Source: Chrysomallon squamiferum (Eukaryota; Animalia; Mollusca). Taken from it: DNA of 64,000 nt. Both the position numbers and the translations under genes were made by a program. Shown here one piece after another: positions 42,701 through 56,362 of this stretch. Numbering within the stretch: the first letter of the stretch is position 1; each line of letters begins with the position of its first letter. The DNA lies in the NCBI GenBank assembly GCA_012295275.1, contig CM022665.1, positions 31,000,001-31,064,000 of the forward strand, read 5' to 3'. The notes beneath the pieces are model-generated. The model was given only the letters and a program-made list of their open reading frames with translations, was not told the DNA's origin and searched no databases.

Positions 42701-43308
42701 ACCAGAAGAGTCCATGGACACTGAAGAAGTAGTGAGCTTTATTAGATATAGTTTTAGTAACAATAATTCTGTATCTAGATGCTTCATTTTATCTTTGACC
42801 GTGTGATTTTGAAATTAATTATTAAGTGTGCTGAAAACACAAAGAAAATATTTCATATAGATTTATGAATTTCTTTGTTAAAAACTGTTACAGATATTCT
42901 CAGTATGCAAAACATCTTGTAAAAGCAAGTGATATCTACCATTTTGATTGTGTCTTTATACACCATGCATACAGTATAACACAAATTCACAAAATTTTAA
43001 TTGTTTAACATAAATATTATAAGTTATGTTAAAATTATCCTGTAGTAAGTAAAATAATGGAAATAAAACACAAAAAAACCCCTTTCTTTGTCTGAATTAT
43101 TAAGAGATTTGAAGTTACTAAAAAAACACTGTATTCATTTTAAAATTATATTCATTTCTTGTCAATTTAGGGTATGGAAGAAGATGAAATTGAAGAAGAA
43201 GCTACGAAAAGTCCAAATCGTGGCAGGGGTAGAAACCGTGGTCGAGGAAAAGGAAGGGGAAGGGGGAAATCAGCAACCAGAAAGAGCTCCAGGACAAAGA
43301 AATCTTGA
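24789..43308 (+). CDS. SYMPK: Symplekin (pre-mRNA 3'-end processing scaffold), 33 coding exons, about 1474 aa
   Basis: Phase-consistent exons: 24789-24884, 25497-25565, 25927-25980, 26345-26418, 26674-26800, 29049-29155, 29467-29530, 30022-30173, 30343-30440, 30688-30842, 31096-31185, 31640-31813, 32226-32384, 32641-32728, 32908-32975, 33290-33410, 33691-33777, 34112-34307, 34549-34630, 34942-35055, 36688-36756, 36899-36986, 37443-37527, 37710-37779, 38003-38111, 38408-38508, 38778-38865, 39226-39330, 39671-39858, 40651-40827, 41172-42104, 42633-42731, 43171-43308 (4425 nt). Symplekin hallmarks include [85 protein letters not shown] and [18 protein letters not shown]. The last two exons are less certain. 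Confidence 0.95.
27070..27900. mobile_element. Probable transposon-derived insertion in symplekin intron 5
   Basis: Intron 5 is the longest in the gene (about 2.2 kb). This stretch retains many CpGs, unlike the CpG-depleted flanking introns. No TIR or transposase was recognised and the boundaries are approximate. Confidence 0.3.
34760..34871. repeat. 28-bp tandem repeat x4 (GTTTAAATGTATCTAAAATGTTACAATG), intronic
   Basis: Four near-identical consecutive copies. Confidence 0.93.
40404..40520 (+). pseudogene. Decayed duplicate of symplekin exon 30 within intron 29
   Basis: AAGGTTTGCGAAGGATTCATCAGAGGCTGT-AGATGTCCAAATTGCAGTCTTTCC versus the real exon AAAGTATGGGAAGGATTTGTCAAATGCTGCCAGCGGACCAAACCTCAGTCATTCC; carries a 1-nt deletion and a TAA. 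Confidence 0.7.
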
Positions 43309-45111
43309 CTAAAAACCAAACTATGAAATATTTTGTTGCTGTGTAACAATAATTTGAATAAACAATTGGTTAAACAGCATTAAATGTGTTAATATGATAT
43401 TCTGAGAAAAATAATGTTTCTATGTGGTTAATTTGTTGCTAGATTCAAATTTTAATTTTTGTATCACTGATATGATGATACTGGAGTGATTTCGTATTTG
43501 ATACTGTGTGGTTACCAACTTTCATAAATAAACAATGAAGTATTCAGATCAGTGTTGCATTGTTTCTTATTATCTACAGTAAATGTTGTCACTTCTAATA
43601 CAATATTAACAGTTCATATGGTAGTGGCTAGAATGGGAAATAGGGCAACTGAAAAGGATTGATTCAACAGTATATCAGGTTTTGGCCCTGTAATCTAACC
43701 ATTCTATGACCACATGCTCTTTTCCTGCAGAGAGGAAACCTTTATTACATCATTATTTTGAAACCATTAATCTTTTCATCCAAATCAAAAGCATAATTAA
43801 TATTAATAAGACCACAGAACCTTTTTTTTTTTTTTAGTTTTTTTTTAGTTTTTAAATGACAAAAATGAAAACAAATGTTATTTATCTTTTTATATTATTA
43901 TATTTTTTTTTAATTGTATATATGTGCAGAGGATGACAATTTTGTGAGAAATGGTGATGGAGAAAAAAATACTAAAACCACACAAAATTAAGGAATTCAT
44001 TACTACGCAATTTTACAAAAAACATTGATACATCTATATTAAAGTAATTATATTAAATACAGATGTGTAATTTATGGTAATTGTATAACTAAAGCAGAAA
44101 AATAATATCTGATATTCTTAAAAAATATTAAAATACAAACAACAGATTTGTATTATTATTAATGTTCTTATTGTTTGTGTGGGTGGTTAAATAGTGTGTT
44201 TTACAAATTTTTATTTGGTAGGATACTTGTTAAATAAAACAAATATTTTACAGTATACATAATCGTAAACTAAGGCCTATTTATTGAGAAGTAAAACATT
44301 TCACATTTCTGTTCACAATTCATAATATTTTATTCACACCTTTTCTTCTTATACTGAATAGAAATGAATACTGATTTATTTTTATTATCTGTTTCAACAT
44401 TCATGCGAATCTTAACCACCATGTTATCTAGATCAATAATAGAAAGACTGACATGTTTGATCCGCTGATGTTTTCTTTATAATAGTTTTAAATTCACGTA
44501 TATTTCTATGGTGTGTGTACGTAGACTAATAACTGTGCTGTGAAGTGCAGCAGGAACGGATCCAAAGTTTATTATAGCTTTCAAGATGAAATGAATTTCG
44601 TCATTTAATATATATATATATTGAGAGAGAGAGCAAGCACAACACACCCGTTAAGATATTAATTTACTGGTATGTTTAGAATGTGAGATTCGCGTGTAAC
44701 TGCACGTTTTCAATGACTGAAGTTCCGTGAACCGTACAGAAAGATCATTAATAAGAAACGCTATACAATCTCGTTTCACCGAAACCACAATGATGAGCAG
44801 CTAACCTGCAGTAAACTAGCGGTAGCCTAACTTTATTTAACGTCTGCGACATTCAGTGTGAGGCACTTGAACTGATACTTTGAATCGAAACTTTCAAGGG
44901 CGCTAAGGACAAGCAGAAGTCGTCTAGGACTCGAAGAGAGAAGAACCTAATACCTGGAATTAGCATATTACCAACTAACGAACTGTATATCGATTGCTTT
45001 CCCACCGTTTTATTGGCAATCATTGTGCGTATGTCGGCTGAGTTCAGTTAACTATAATTATATTTATCTCCATTGAAACAACTAGTAAGCCAGTACGGTT
45101 CGGTGTTCACT

Positions 45112-46388
45112 ATGGCTGCCAGACAAGTGTCTGTATCCTCCGATAATGCTGATCAAGAAATAGATTTTCTTCGTTTTGGGTACGTATTATTTATTTTAAA
45201 ACTAGTAATGTCAATTACACTGTAAGTTCACGCTTCAAAAGCTTATTTTACAGCGATGGACTGACGCCAACAGACACGAGTCCCATTTAAGCTGTAATTA
45301 TATTCTGGGGGTGAAGGTTAGGAAATAAAATTAATATATACACATGTCATACATTGTATATAATGTATGTCAGTAATTTCTACAATTCATATAAAACAAT
45401 ATAGTTACAATATAAATTTATTCACCATTACATAGCTATAATATTATTAGGAAATATACTTAATTGTATTTATATATTTATTATTCGCTAAACTTAATTG
45501 AGTGGAGTAAATGTATTTTGCATGTAGTTCATATGGTGTTGATATTAAGGGATAACCTACAAACGTTTGAATTCATGAACAATTATATTTATCAGATTTT
45601 ATTTTATAAACAGTAATTAACAATGGCCCAACTGTATTAATGTATATATGTGTCTTCGTTGTTATATTTCGTAGCTTAGGCTTAGATGTAAGGTAGTGGA
45701 GTAAAGTACGGTCAAAATCTACTAATATCAGTTTTTTGTTTCGCAAATTTTAATAATCGGAGTGAAAAAAAAAAAAAAAAAAAAAAAAAGAATGTATCAG
45801 AAACATTAAAATTATTTTTCACTTAGAAAAACATTTGTTCCTAATATACTTCATCGACTCACACAGCTACTGTGAAATCAATATATATATATATATATAA
45901 CTTTATTAGTTAAAATAAATGTTAATAATAATATACAAGTTAAATTAAAACAATGTGTGTGTATATATGTATATTACAATAAGCTGCGGGAAATATTTTA
46001 GTCGACTACACATTTTTCTGCTTCATGTGCCGAGATTAAATCGTTGGCGGCTGTTAAAATGAAATGTCATCCGTTACTTCGTGTCACAATGAAAGGACAT
46101 TTCAACGACTACTGTTTTTAGATGCGTATTAGCCAATTAGCCACGTTAATTAATTGTTTCTTGATTATCACCAGTATAGAAATAACACAAAAAAAGAACA
46201 CACTGCTCAGTTACAAAAGCATATGATTTTTATTACAGCAAGAATTAAAGTAGTATTTTGCGATGTCTTTTGTTGAAACGTGCCAGTTCTTTAAGAATTT
46301 GTTTATTTTTCATAATTTTTTGCGACGTCACGCTGGTAAATTACACATCAAATTATCCGTTGTAACGTAAGAGTCCCCCCCTCTCTCT

Positions 46389-46453
<65 letters not shown>

Positions 46454-48520
46454 TATAGCTCTATTTGGTTTAGGCAGTTCAGAAAATGGCATTATTCGGG
46501 AACGATGAATTTAGTGGTAAGTAAGTGAGGAAAATGCATGAAATAATACTCTGTTATAATTTTTATTTATTTAAGAACAATGATCAGACCCAAGTATGAT
46601 TAAATCGGATATTCCTGATGCTGGTTATTTTCCTCCACATACTTCGATTCCAAACAATTCAACAAATGCAGACAAACTGAAAGAAATATATTATTCTATT
46701 TTTACATTATATTTAATCAGTTACATTAAATGTTACTATCACTGGTTTATTAATGATGTATTCTGCAGTATATACTATTTTAAAAATATACACTAACCTT
46801 CAGTTGGATATTGCAATCAGCATAATTCATTAGTAACATTACCGTAATAAAGAGCATTGATATGATTCACTTACCATATGGGGGCCACTGATTAAACGTG
46901 ACAATTGGGTTGTTTTGTCCAATATTTTACACTGATAAAAAGACAACGAGTTTCTTTTCGCTTTTCTCCACTGTACCGCACGAATGTGGGACGGAAGTTG
47001 CCCTCCCCGAAATCTCTGGATCGTACCCCGAAGGTTCGGTTCCGTGAGTTCCCTCATGCACCCTGAATAACGTATGTGCTTGTAAAATTATGATATTAAG
47101 AAAATTTCAGGTCTATATAATTTTATAGTACGTTTATTATATCATAAACATTTTTAAACTTTATAACTTATTACAGAATTACAGTATATCACGTTAGCAA
47201 GTATTTTGTCTACATGCACACAGTTTAACACTTACGAATACGCAACACAGGGTGCATACAAGTAATATACGTACATGCACCACTAGCGTGCGAAAAAATT
47301 CTCTATAATTAGGTCGCTTATGACGAAACAGCAGCAAACTGTTCATGTGAGGAACCTAATTCCGCCCAGTTGACCTAATTTAGACAACGTAATTAGTCAT
47401 AATTTTCTTATGTTATAACTTATAGAGTTAATAGTTATAATGATAAATATGTACCAATAATGCTACGATATGTTAACAGCGGAACGGCATTAACATCTAG
47501 AACCTTGTGGTTTTCTTTAATATTGTCCAAATATATTTTCAATAACAGAGGGGCCCGAAGAACACGTGATGGAAATGATACATTTTTGGGGTAATTAATT
47601 TCTACAATGTAGTTTTGTTACTAATTACACTGACAATAGTCACCTGAAAATTTTGCGCTTTGTTTCTTGTCGTCTGCTACCGAAGTTGGATCTTAACTGA
47701 GATTTTTGTAGGCCGTGACCAGACTGATCAACAACCACAAATTATAATAAGTTTTATTTATTTACTTACTAATATAGTTTGGTTTAGTTTAGTTTAATTC
47801 TGTGTATCATTTTTCCTTTGAATAAGAAAATATTAAAATTAAAATTTCCCTCTTGATCACGCTCCATCCATTTTTTTTTCATGCACAAAAGACTATTTAA
47901 ATTTTTTGTATGTCCAGATATTCCTATGAAGACATCCAGAATATGGCATCCAGCATTTTAAAACGGACAAAACACAAGCCACAGCTAGGTATTATATGCG
48001 GATCTGGACTTGGCGGCCTGGCTGATCTGGTAGAGCAGGCAGACGTCATTCCATATTCCACGATACCCGACTTTCCTGTCAGCACAGGTCTGTACTTTGT
48101 TTTTATTATTATTATTATTTCTGGAGGGGGGGGGGTTAAAATGATATATTTGAATGGCTCCTGTATATTTGACATAATAAATTACATAATTTGATATATA
48201 TTTGTTTCTGCTTCAGTACCAGGTCATGTTGGAAAACTAGTATTTGGTTTACTGAAAGGTAAATCTGTGGTTTTAATGAGAGGAAGATTCCATTATTATG
48301 AAGGATACCCTATGTGGAAGGTATTATTATTGTTGTCGTTTTTATCATGATTTGTTTGTGCGAAGTATTGATTAGCGTCAGACAAGACATTCATCTTTAC
48401 ATATAAAAATTACTAATTATTTAATTATTTGTTATTTATTATTTTTTAATGAAACTGTATTCATATATCTTTTTATCTCCCACTGTCATTCGAAGATGTG
48501 TACACGCACATGCGCGATGC

Positions 48521-48571
<51 letters not shown>

Positions 48572-49095
48572 CAGTATAACCTTAAAAAAAGATATCCATA
48601 CTGTTTTATGATATCATGAATAGACATTTTGCCAGTTACCTAGCATTTATAGATAGATTTGATAAAACTATTTGTTTCGCCAGGTGGCTATGCCAGTTCG
48701 TGTTATGAAGGCGATGGGTATAACGACGTTGATTGTGACAAACGCTGCTGGTGGTATCAACTCCAGCTTTAACAGAGGCGACATCATGATCATTAAGGAT
48801 CATATCGACTTGCCTGGTCTGACTGGAGAATGCGTGCTTATCGGCAAGAACGACACAAGGTAAAAATTACAAAATCTTTGATTTGAATTAAATTGAATAG
48901 AGTTGAATGGATACGTCCTGTAAACAAAAAAGTTAAACGTTTAATGAATTGTTATATCATGAATATTCATTTTATTATTCATAATGAAGTTTTCTTAAAC
49001 ATATTTTTTTGTGAACTCTTTCTTATTGTTTTTGGATTAATAATGTTCTCGCAGTTTTTTTTTTTTTTTCTTTAATTTTTATATTTGTTTTTCCT

Positions 49096-49135
<40 letters not shown>

Positions 49136-49721
49136 TTTTTATAAACTAATTACGTTTTTTTTCTTCTGATGCTACAGTTTTCAAAGAATAATCAATTCCA
49201 TGCTAATGATACTCTCAAATAAAGTGCATCAGTTTAACAGTGTATATTTCAAGGAACGATCCACTTTAACACGTTTGAAAATTTCAGCATCGAAGTTTAT
49301 TATTAGTTTCAGTGTTTAAGTTAGGAAGAATCAAAATAATTCTTCTTTACTCAGATGTCGGTACTGGAACAAGTAAAAAGTATTTCATATCATTAAAACA
49401 GATACATAAAATAGGAACTTACATTTTTAGGTTTGGACCTCGTTTTCCTGCCACTGTAGACATCTACGACGCTGAGCTGCGTAAAGTCGCAAAGGAAGTG
49501 GCAAAAGAACTAGGATATGGCAACATTCTGAGAGAGGGTACCTATGTCATGATCGGCGGTCCTACATTTGAAACGGTCGCCGAAGGAAGACTGCTGAAAA
49601 TGTACGGAGCCGATGCAGTGGGTGAATATATTAGTTGTTTATAATACTGATAATACATATGACATAAGTATAATAAAACAACAACAACAACAAAAAATAA
49701 ATCTGATATTTTGTTAATAAC

Positions 49722-49793
<72 letters not shown>

Positions 49794-50037
49794 GTCTTAC
49801 AGATTGAGTTGTTATATCTCTGGTTTCTTTTTAGGCATGAGTACTGTGCCAGAAGCTGTAGTCGCTAAGCATTCTGGGATCAAAACCTTTGGAATCTCAC
49901 TTATCACAGACTTGCTAGCCATGGATTATGACCAGGCCACGGCGACCACTCACGAAGATGTGCTTGCAATTGGCCAGCAGCGAGCTCAGGATTTACAAAA
50001 ACTTGTGTCTTCATTCGTAGAAAGAATCAAACTTTAA
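45112..50037 (+). CDS. PNP: Purine nucleoside phosphorylase, trimeric/mammalian type, 6 coding exons, about 303 aa
   Basis: Exons 45112-45179, 47918-48087, 48217-48320, 48684-48859, 49431-49621, 49835-50037 (912 nt, phases consistent). Motifs [64 protein letters not shown]. First exon inferred from ATG context, donor and phase only. Confidence 0.95.
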
Positions 50038-51234
50038 CTCTAGGCTGATGTACTATGTACAAATTCTAGTATTTATCGGTTTTAGTTTCACTGTCAGTTC
50101 GCTTGTTATATATTATAATTTATATGCTTGCAGTTCATATAATAAAAATTTGACATTTGGGAAAATTTTATTAATACCAATTTCTTGCTGAAATAATAGA
50201 ATAAATGGGAAAATGTTCGATTAAATTTAGGCTTAAATTATAAATATTTCTTAAAAATCAATAAAACTATAACGTGCATAAATATTTTATCTTAAGTAGT
50301 AGAGGATATTAACCTTTATTAGTATTCTTTAACTGAAAGAGACCGAGGCAATAAATGGATTTTGTGTTGTCTTTTTTTCTTGAAGTTTCTTTAAATTTAC
50401 TGTGTCACTGCAATCTCAATATGTGTTTGTTCATCCCGAAGTTGTTCAATTGTCTGAACGTCCGGAGATAAGTCTGACCATTGTGTTATTTTAATGTTAC
50501 ATCTTTTAAGATGCTCGGTGACGATTTGTGATGTTTTAGACCACACTGGATGTAATAAATGTTGCAAAATAATACTACAACATATCTCTTCCGATCATCG
50601 AGATGTCTGCCCATATGATCACAAATTACTGGTTGTTAATAATATTTACCGGGATAATATAATTCGAAAGTCCGACTGTCCTTTAAATATTGCTTCAATC
50701 TAAATTCATCATTTGTCATTACACTTAACGGTTAAGTACATGTGTACATTCGTGTTCTCTATACAATTTGTGGAATAAAATTTCTTGTTGTAATTTTGTT
50801 TTCAATATCCCCATCTTTTTATGAACATTATAATTATTTCAATGAAATATTGGTTGTTATTAACAAATATATTTGGAAATTACTGTACGAAAACGGTATT
50901 TATTATTTGTACCTAATGTTTATTCTTTATTGAAACAGTTACACGTTATGAGTGCAGAAAACCACGCCATATGGTTGCCATGACAATAGGAAGAAGAATT
51001 TTAATTATTTAATATCTTTGTTTTGTTTCGTTCTTTTTTTATTTGTACTGAACAAAATTAAGTTGTTTACAGATATAACTATTATATGGTTATAACCTGT
51101 TATTAGTTTATTTGTTTTTGTAATTATTTATATAAACTATTTAGAAAAATAATATATTTTATTTTATTTATACATTTTATGTTGTAAATATTTTGGCAAT
51201 AAATATTTTTATTTGTTAACATATTTTGTTTTGC

Positions 51235-51291
<57 letters not shown>

Positions 51292-52705
51292 GTATGAATT
51301 TATATACATATATATAACTATGTATATACGAGCGCATAATACTGTACATTTTACTTTATTAAACTGCATATTATATTACAAAAGATTTTTTTTCTTTAAT
51401 ACAACGATGATTTCAAGGTCGCAAATTTAACTTTAATGGCATAGCATAAGCGATAAATCAATAGGGAAATTTAAAAAAAAAGAAAAAAAAGTAATACAGG
51501 TTTTTTTATCATTATATATATATATATATATATATTTTAATGTATTCCTTTGTAATTATGTAAAATTAAAATGAAATACACATTATTTGTTCGAGTGTGC
51601 TTATAATAATCTAATTTTAGACTAAGCCACATTCATGGTCAGATTATTTTGAAAACACCTGAAAGTTAAACAATAATGGAGTTTTGTGTTGGAGCCACGA
51701 ATGTGTTATTTGATTTGTAGAAAAGCGAAGTCCATGTTACTTGTGTACAAGATATTGCGAGAACATTACGGTTCTGACGATCATTATAAGTTCACTGACA
51801 CAAACTAATCATAAAACTATCTACATGTAAGTACGAGTTGTCTCCCATATTGATAACATTAACAAATAAATGATGATAATTTCATAGTTGCTATTTTTGT
51901 AAATCCTAAAATACCGTTTTGGGTAACTCAGATATTATTTTGAAGTATTGGTATATTTTCTTAAAGTATATAAATATGCCATATCTGTAAATTACAAACA
52001 TTATGCATTTAAATATTTTAAAACAAATTTATTCAAATAAAACAATTTTTACGAAAAAACAACAACACATCAAACAAAGATATTAAAATTATTATGTGCT
52101 GTTTATTCACATATTTATTTGGTGACAAATACTGAACATATGCATAACTATGGAATGAATGTTTCTATTGTTCTGAAACGAACATTTTAATGATACATTA
52201 ATTTTTTTTAAAAGCAACAATTCCCTGCCAGGCACATGTATTAGTATCTATTTTGTATTAAAAACAATTTATTGTTTATTTTTTAAAAGAATAATGTTGA
52301 AATGTTACATACTGATAAAATGAAATTAATCCTAACATTAATATATAAACAATCAATATTGAAAATTAATAAATGTACTACAGTTTTAACACGTCCTGGT
52401 CAAACATTAAAAAATATTTATTAAGTTTGGTAATTTCAAATGCACTAGTTGTATTAGTCTTCTGTTACAGGGTTACTTAAACCCTGTACAATTAATTTCT
52501 TCAATTACAGAAATAATAAAGATGCTGAACTACACCTTTGTTTCTAAAATTAATTTTTAAATATAAAAGAGATGAACATTTTTATCAGTTCATACTGATG
52601 ATATAAAATTGATGCATGACCAGAGTGTTCATTCTTCACTTCTTTCATTTTCACCAAACTGAGGTAAAAAGAACAGCAACACTAAACAAAGTTGAAAACA
52701 TTATT

Positions 52706-55453
52706 TCATTCAAACTGATTTTTGTTTTTTAACAAATAAGCTGCAAGGTATTCAATTGGATTTGGTGGTCTGAAAATAATAAAAAAAATAACATTTTAAA
52801 AATTTAAGTAATTCCACAAATTACCCACTTATTTATAAAATTATATCTTTTCACTGCATAAAAGGAAAACTATTTATTTAAAGAATGCAAAAGAAGGCAA
52901 TCTGAGAATCTGAAGCTAATACATTAATAATACTTTTGTATTAATTGGAGGGTATCTGACTGAAATTATTAAAATAGAAAAACAAAGATTGAAAAATGAT
53001 TTTTAAATCAAAGTTTCAAATCTGAAAAAAACTTATTTTTCGTTTTATGCTCACACTTACCTTTCCTTTGCTAAATCAGACATGCCCTGTAAAAGAATTG
53101 GCACAACTGTTTGGTCAAGGTATGCTCGAGTGGGTAAAGACTGCATATCAACCTTTGGTCGCTTTGCTGGATTTGCAGCAAGCTCTTTTTCATTGTTTAT
53201 TAGTTTCTGTTGTCAGCAGAAAAAAAAAAAAAACATTATTTCACAAATATTAAGGATCATTTACTTTCTGCTCATCTTAATCTTTGCAATAAAATAAGCA
53301 ATATACATACTTTTAAAAACAACAGGTAAGTAAAACTATTATGTAAAAAATAATTTCTTCAAGTTTCATAATCAAGAGAGTATACATATTTTTTCAATAT
53401 TTAAATTCAGTAATCAAAAGGTGTTTGTTAAAATTTTATTGTTTTTTATTTGAAGAATAAACAAGAAGTTTTATTGTATCAATCTAGCTGAATGGAAAGT
53501 ATGTTTTAAACTATATACATTATAATGAATGGTTTGCTCTGAAAAACACACAGTTTGACATGTCAGAAAATGTCATTACCAGATATTCTTCACACCAGCT
53601 TGCTTATTAATTTTTCACTCACTCAGTGAATTTTAATCACTTTACCTGTACATTGTCTGGAATCTCAGGTGCTATCTGTTCTTGTTGTTGTTGTTGTTCA
53701 TTTGTTGTATCGTCAACTGTTGTATTAACCTGATCTATAAATGTGATTTAATAAAATTTTATTAGGCTTTTAAATATGTCAAAAAGATAAATTATAACAA
53801 TAATTTTTAATCAGTCACCAGAAAATAAATTTTGCTAGTGCTGAACATTAGTAATATTCTGAAGACAAGTTGTCAGTGTTGAGGCATAATTAAAAGTTTC
53901 ATATTCAAAAGTCATCAGGAAACCAAAGAACATTTCTCTCACAAGATAAACACTGATGTATATTAATATTTATCTTTTGATTATTCATAATGAAAATAAA
54001 TAAATAAATTACTGATACCTTTTAAAATATAAACTAGTCTTAGAAGTATATATAGTCTGTACATTACTTCAGTTATGATCTTCTATAGTTTAACAGTTTA
54101 TACATTTATACATTTGCTTTCCTTGAACTGGGTTAATTCAGTTGAGCTTCTCTATTTGTGTTATTTTTTAATATTTTCCCAAACAACTAATATGTTATAG
54201 TAGATAGATTCAGCTTCATTTTCATTTCTTGCCATCTGAGCTTTACAGAATCAACAGAGAAGTTTATAGTTTCAAACTGACATCACACTGTCAAACGTAA
54301 GCTATCTTTGAACTTTATGACATATGATTTATGCCTCTCTGTTAGTCAGCAAAGTTTCATTCAAATGTATGAGATGGCAGGTACTTAACATGAAGCAGAA
54401 AGATCTGTGGTGTTTATCAGCAAATGATACAGCCATACAGTGATTGCTATGCTGTTTAAATCTGAGTTTAAACGTGTGTTATCAGTGATTTAATCATGTG
54501 TTTGAGTAACTATGTGGCATAACAGTCCAGCATAGCACATTTTTAGATAATATTTTCTTTCTGATAAAAATGATGATTATGATGAAAATTCTTAGCAAGT
54601 TAGCATCCAAGGTTAGTTTGATGACTGAACATTTGTGATCACATGATCTCATACTAATGATCTGACTGGATGAGGCATATATATATTTTTACAGTTCATA
54701 TGATCTCATTAGTGCTAATAATGAATTATTAAAATGAGTACTAAAAATATGAATATTAAAAATAATGTATAAAAGTAATCTATGACTCAAGAACTCACAA
54801 AAGCTTCATTTTGTTATATAATTTATGTTATATATTAATTAAGTGTATATTAACTATATTAAAATACATATATTGTTTATATTCCCAAACGTCTGAAACA
54901 AACCACTTTCTCCACCGACAAATAATACCAGCGAATGTTATTCAGATAAAAATGCATAATTTCTTTCTTATCAACGATATCTTGGCGTCATTCCATTAAT
55001 TTAATGTGATAGTAAAATGATATTTCAGTAAAATATATCACATACGCAACAATAGGCCGTACTTAGAAACCATTGATAGTTTAATTTTCTCCAAATCATA
55101 TATTTCAGCAACCAACTATAAATATAATTTAGGTTTCGAAGATTTAAATGATGACCTATGTAATTAATCGAACAATGACGCTATTAATTTTTCAAGCCAT
55201 CGTTAGCATTGAAATCATGTCACATTAATAGTCCGGAATTTGGTACACTGACATGAATAATTTCTAAGACATAACCGTTACACACAATTCATATAAAATA
55301 TAAATTATATCAGTCATTCGGATTAGAAGAGTTAGGCAATATATATTATTATGAACAAAGATTTTAAAAACAAATAAACACAACATAGTTCAATACTAAA
55401 TTTCAAATAAATAATAATTAAATAATTTCATTCGAACACCAACCGTCTGCCAT
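52706..55453 (-). CDS. DPY30: Protein dpy-30 homolog (COMPASS/WRAD subunit), 4 coding exons, about 102 aa
   Basis: Absent from the ORF track. Exons 55453-55444 (aaaATGGCAGACG|gttggt), 53734-53646, 53206-53061, 52769-52706 (309 nt). Translation includes [52 protein letters not shown], the Dpy-30 motif. Confidence 0.95.
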
Positions 55454-55543
55454 TTTGGTTACCAAGGATATAGACTGATTCCCTTTGGTTATATGAAATT
55501 ATAGACTGGTACAGCGCACAAAAACCTTCACCTTGCATTGCAA

Positions 55544-55589
<46 letters not shown>

Positions 55590-56356
55590 TTAAAAAAAGG
55601 AAAAGAAAGAAAGAAAGAAAAAAGAAAAGGATACATTCGCGAGTTTAATATATGCTTTAAAACAGCAATAAATAAAATTTAAAATGAACATTTGCCAAAT
55701 CAGCAATATGAATATAATTATATATTCAACTTTACAGTTGGTTTATTTTTTTTATCATTAAAGGTACTTAATCAAATCCAGTTCTTATAGGTGCATTATC
55801 ATAATTATGATAATTATCAGCATAACGAGTTTTATTATGATTTATAATACAGATCTGGGTCTTTATATATCTTAACATGTTAAATTTATGATGTGCTATT
55901 AAAAATGAGATCAGCATTATATTAAATTTAATATTAAAATACGACTTACCTTTATAATTAGTGCTGAAGTAAAGTACTTTGTATATTTTCTTCTTGTAAC
56001 TGAACTGATTAATTTTCAAAATTACTGCATCATGATTTTGAAGGCAGGACAATGTAGTGTGTAGGTGTGTGTGTATGTGTGTGTGTGTGTGTATAAAATC
56101 TTTTATTTATTTTTGTAAAAGTGAATGCTGTATTCAAAATGAATGATTCTTTCATATCATTTAGCTATAGTAGTGAATAATTTTTTTTTTTTTTAAATTT
56201 GGAATTGTAATAATAACCTGGATGCTGAGTTATGCTAAATTGTGGAGGATATATCAGTTTATTATTGTTACATGTTAATTTTTATTAAAATTATTAGGTG
56301 GATGAGCAACAACAAAAAAAAAAAATTAAAATTTAGAAAACCAGTTTTTATACAAG

Positions 56357-56362
56357 TTTATT
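56357..56362 (-). terminator. Candidate polyadenylation signal (AATAAA) of SELENON
   Basis: tttatt on +, downstream of the SECIS and followed by T-rich sequence on the minus strand. The hexamer is common in such AT-rich DNA. Confidence 0.35.

Noticed and set aside
54165-54235. Alternative DPY30 start ATGGCAAGAAATG on the minus strand
   Set aside because: Runs into a stop with no convincing phase-1 donor; the 55453 start fits phase and context.
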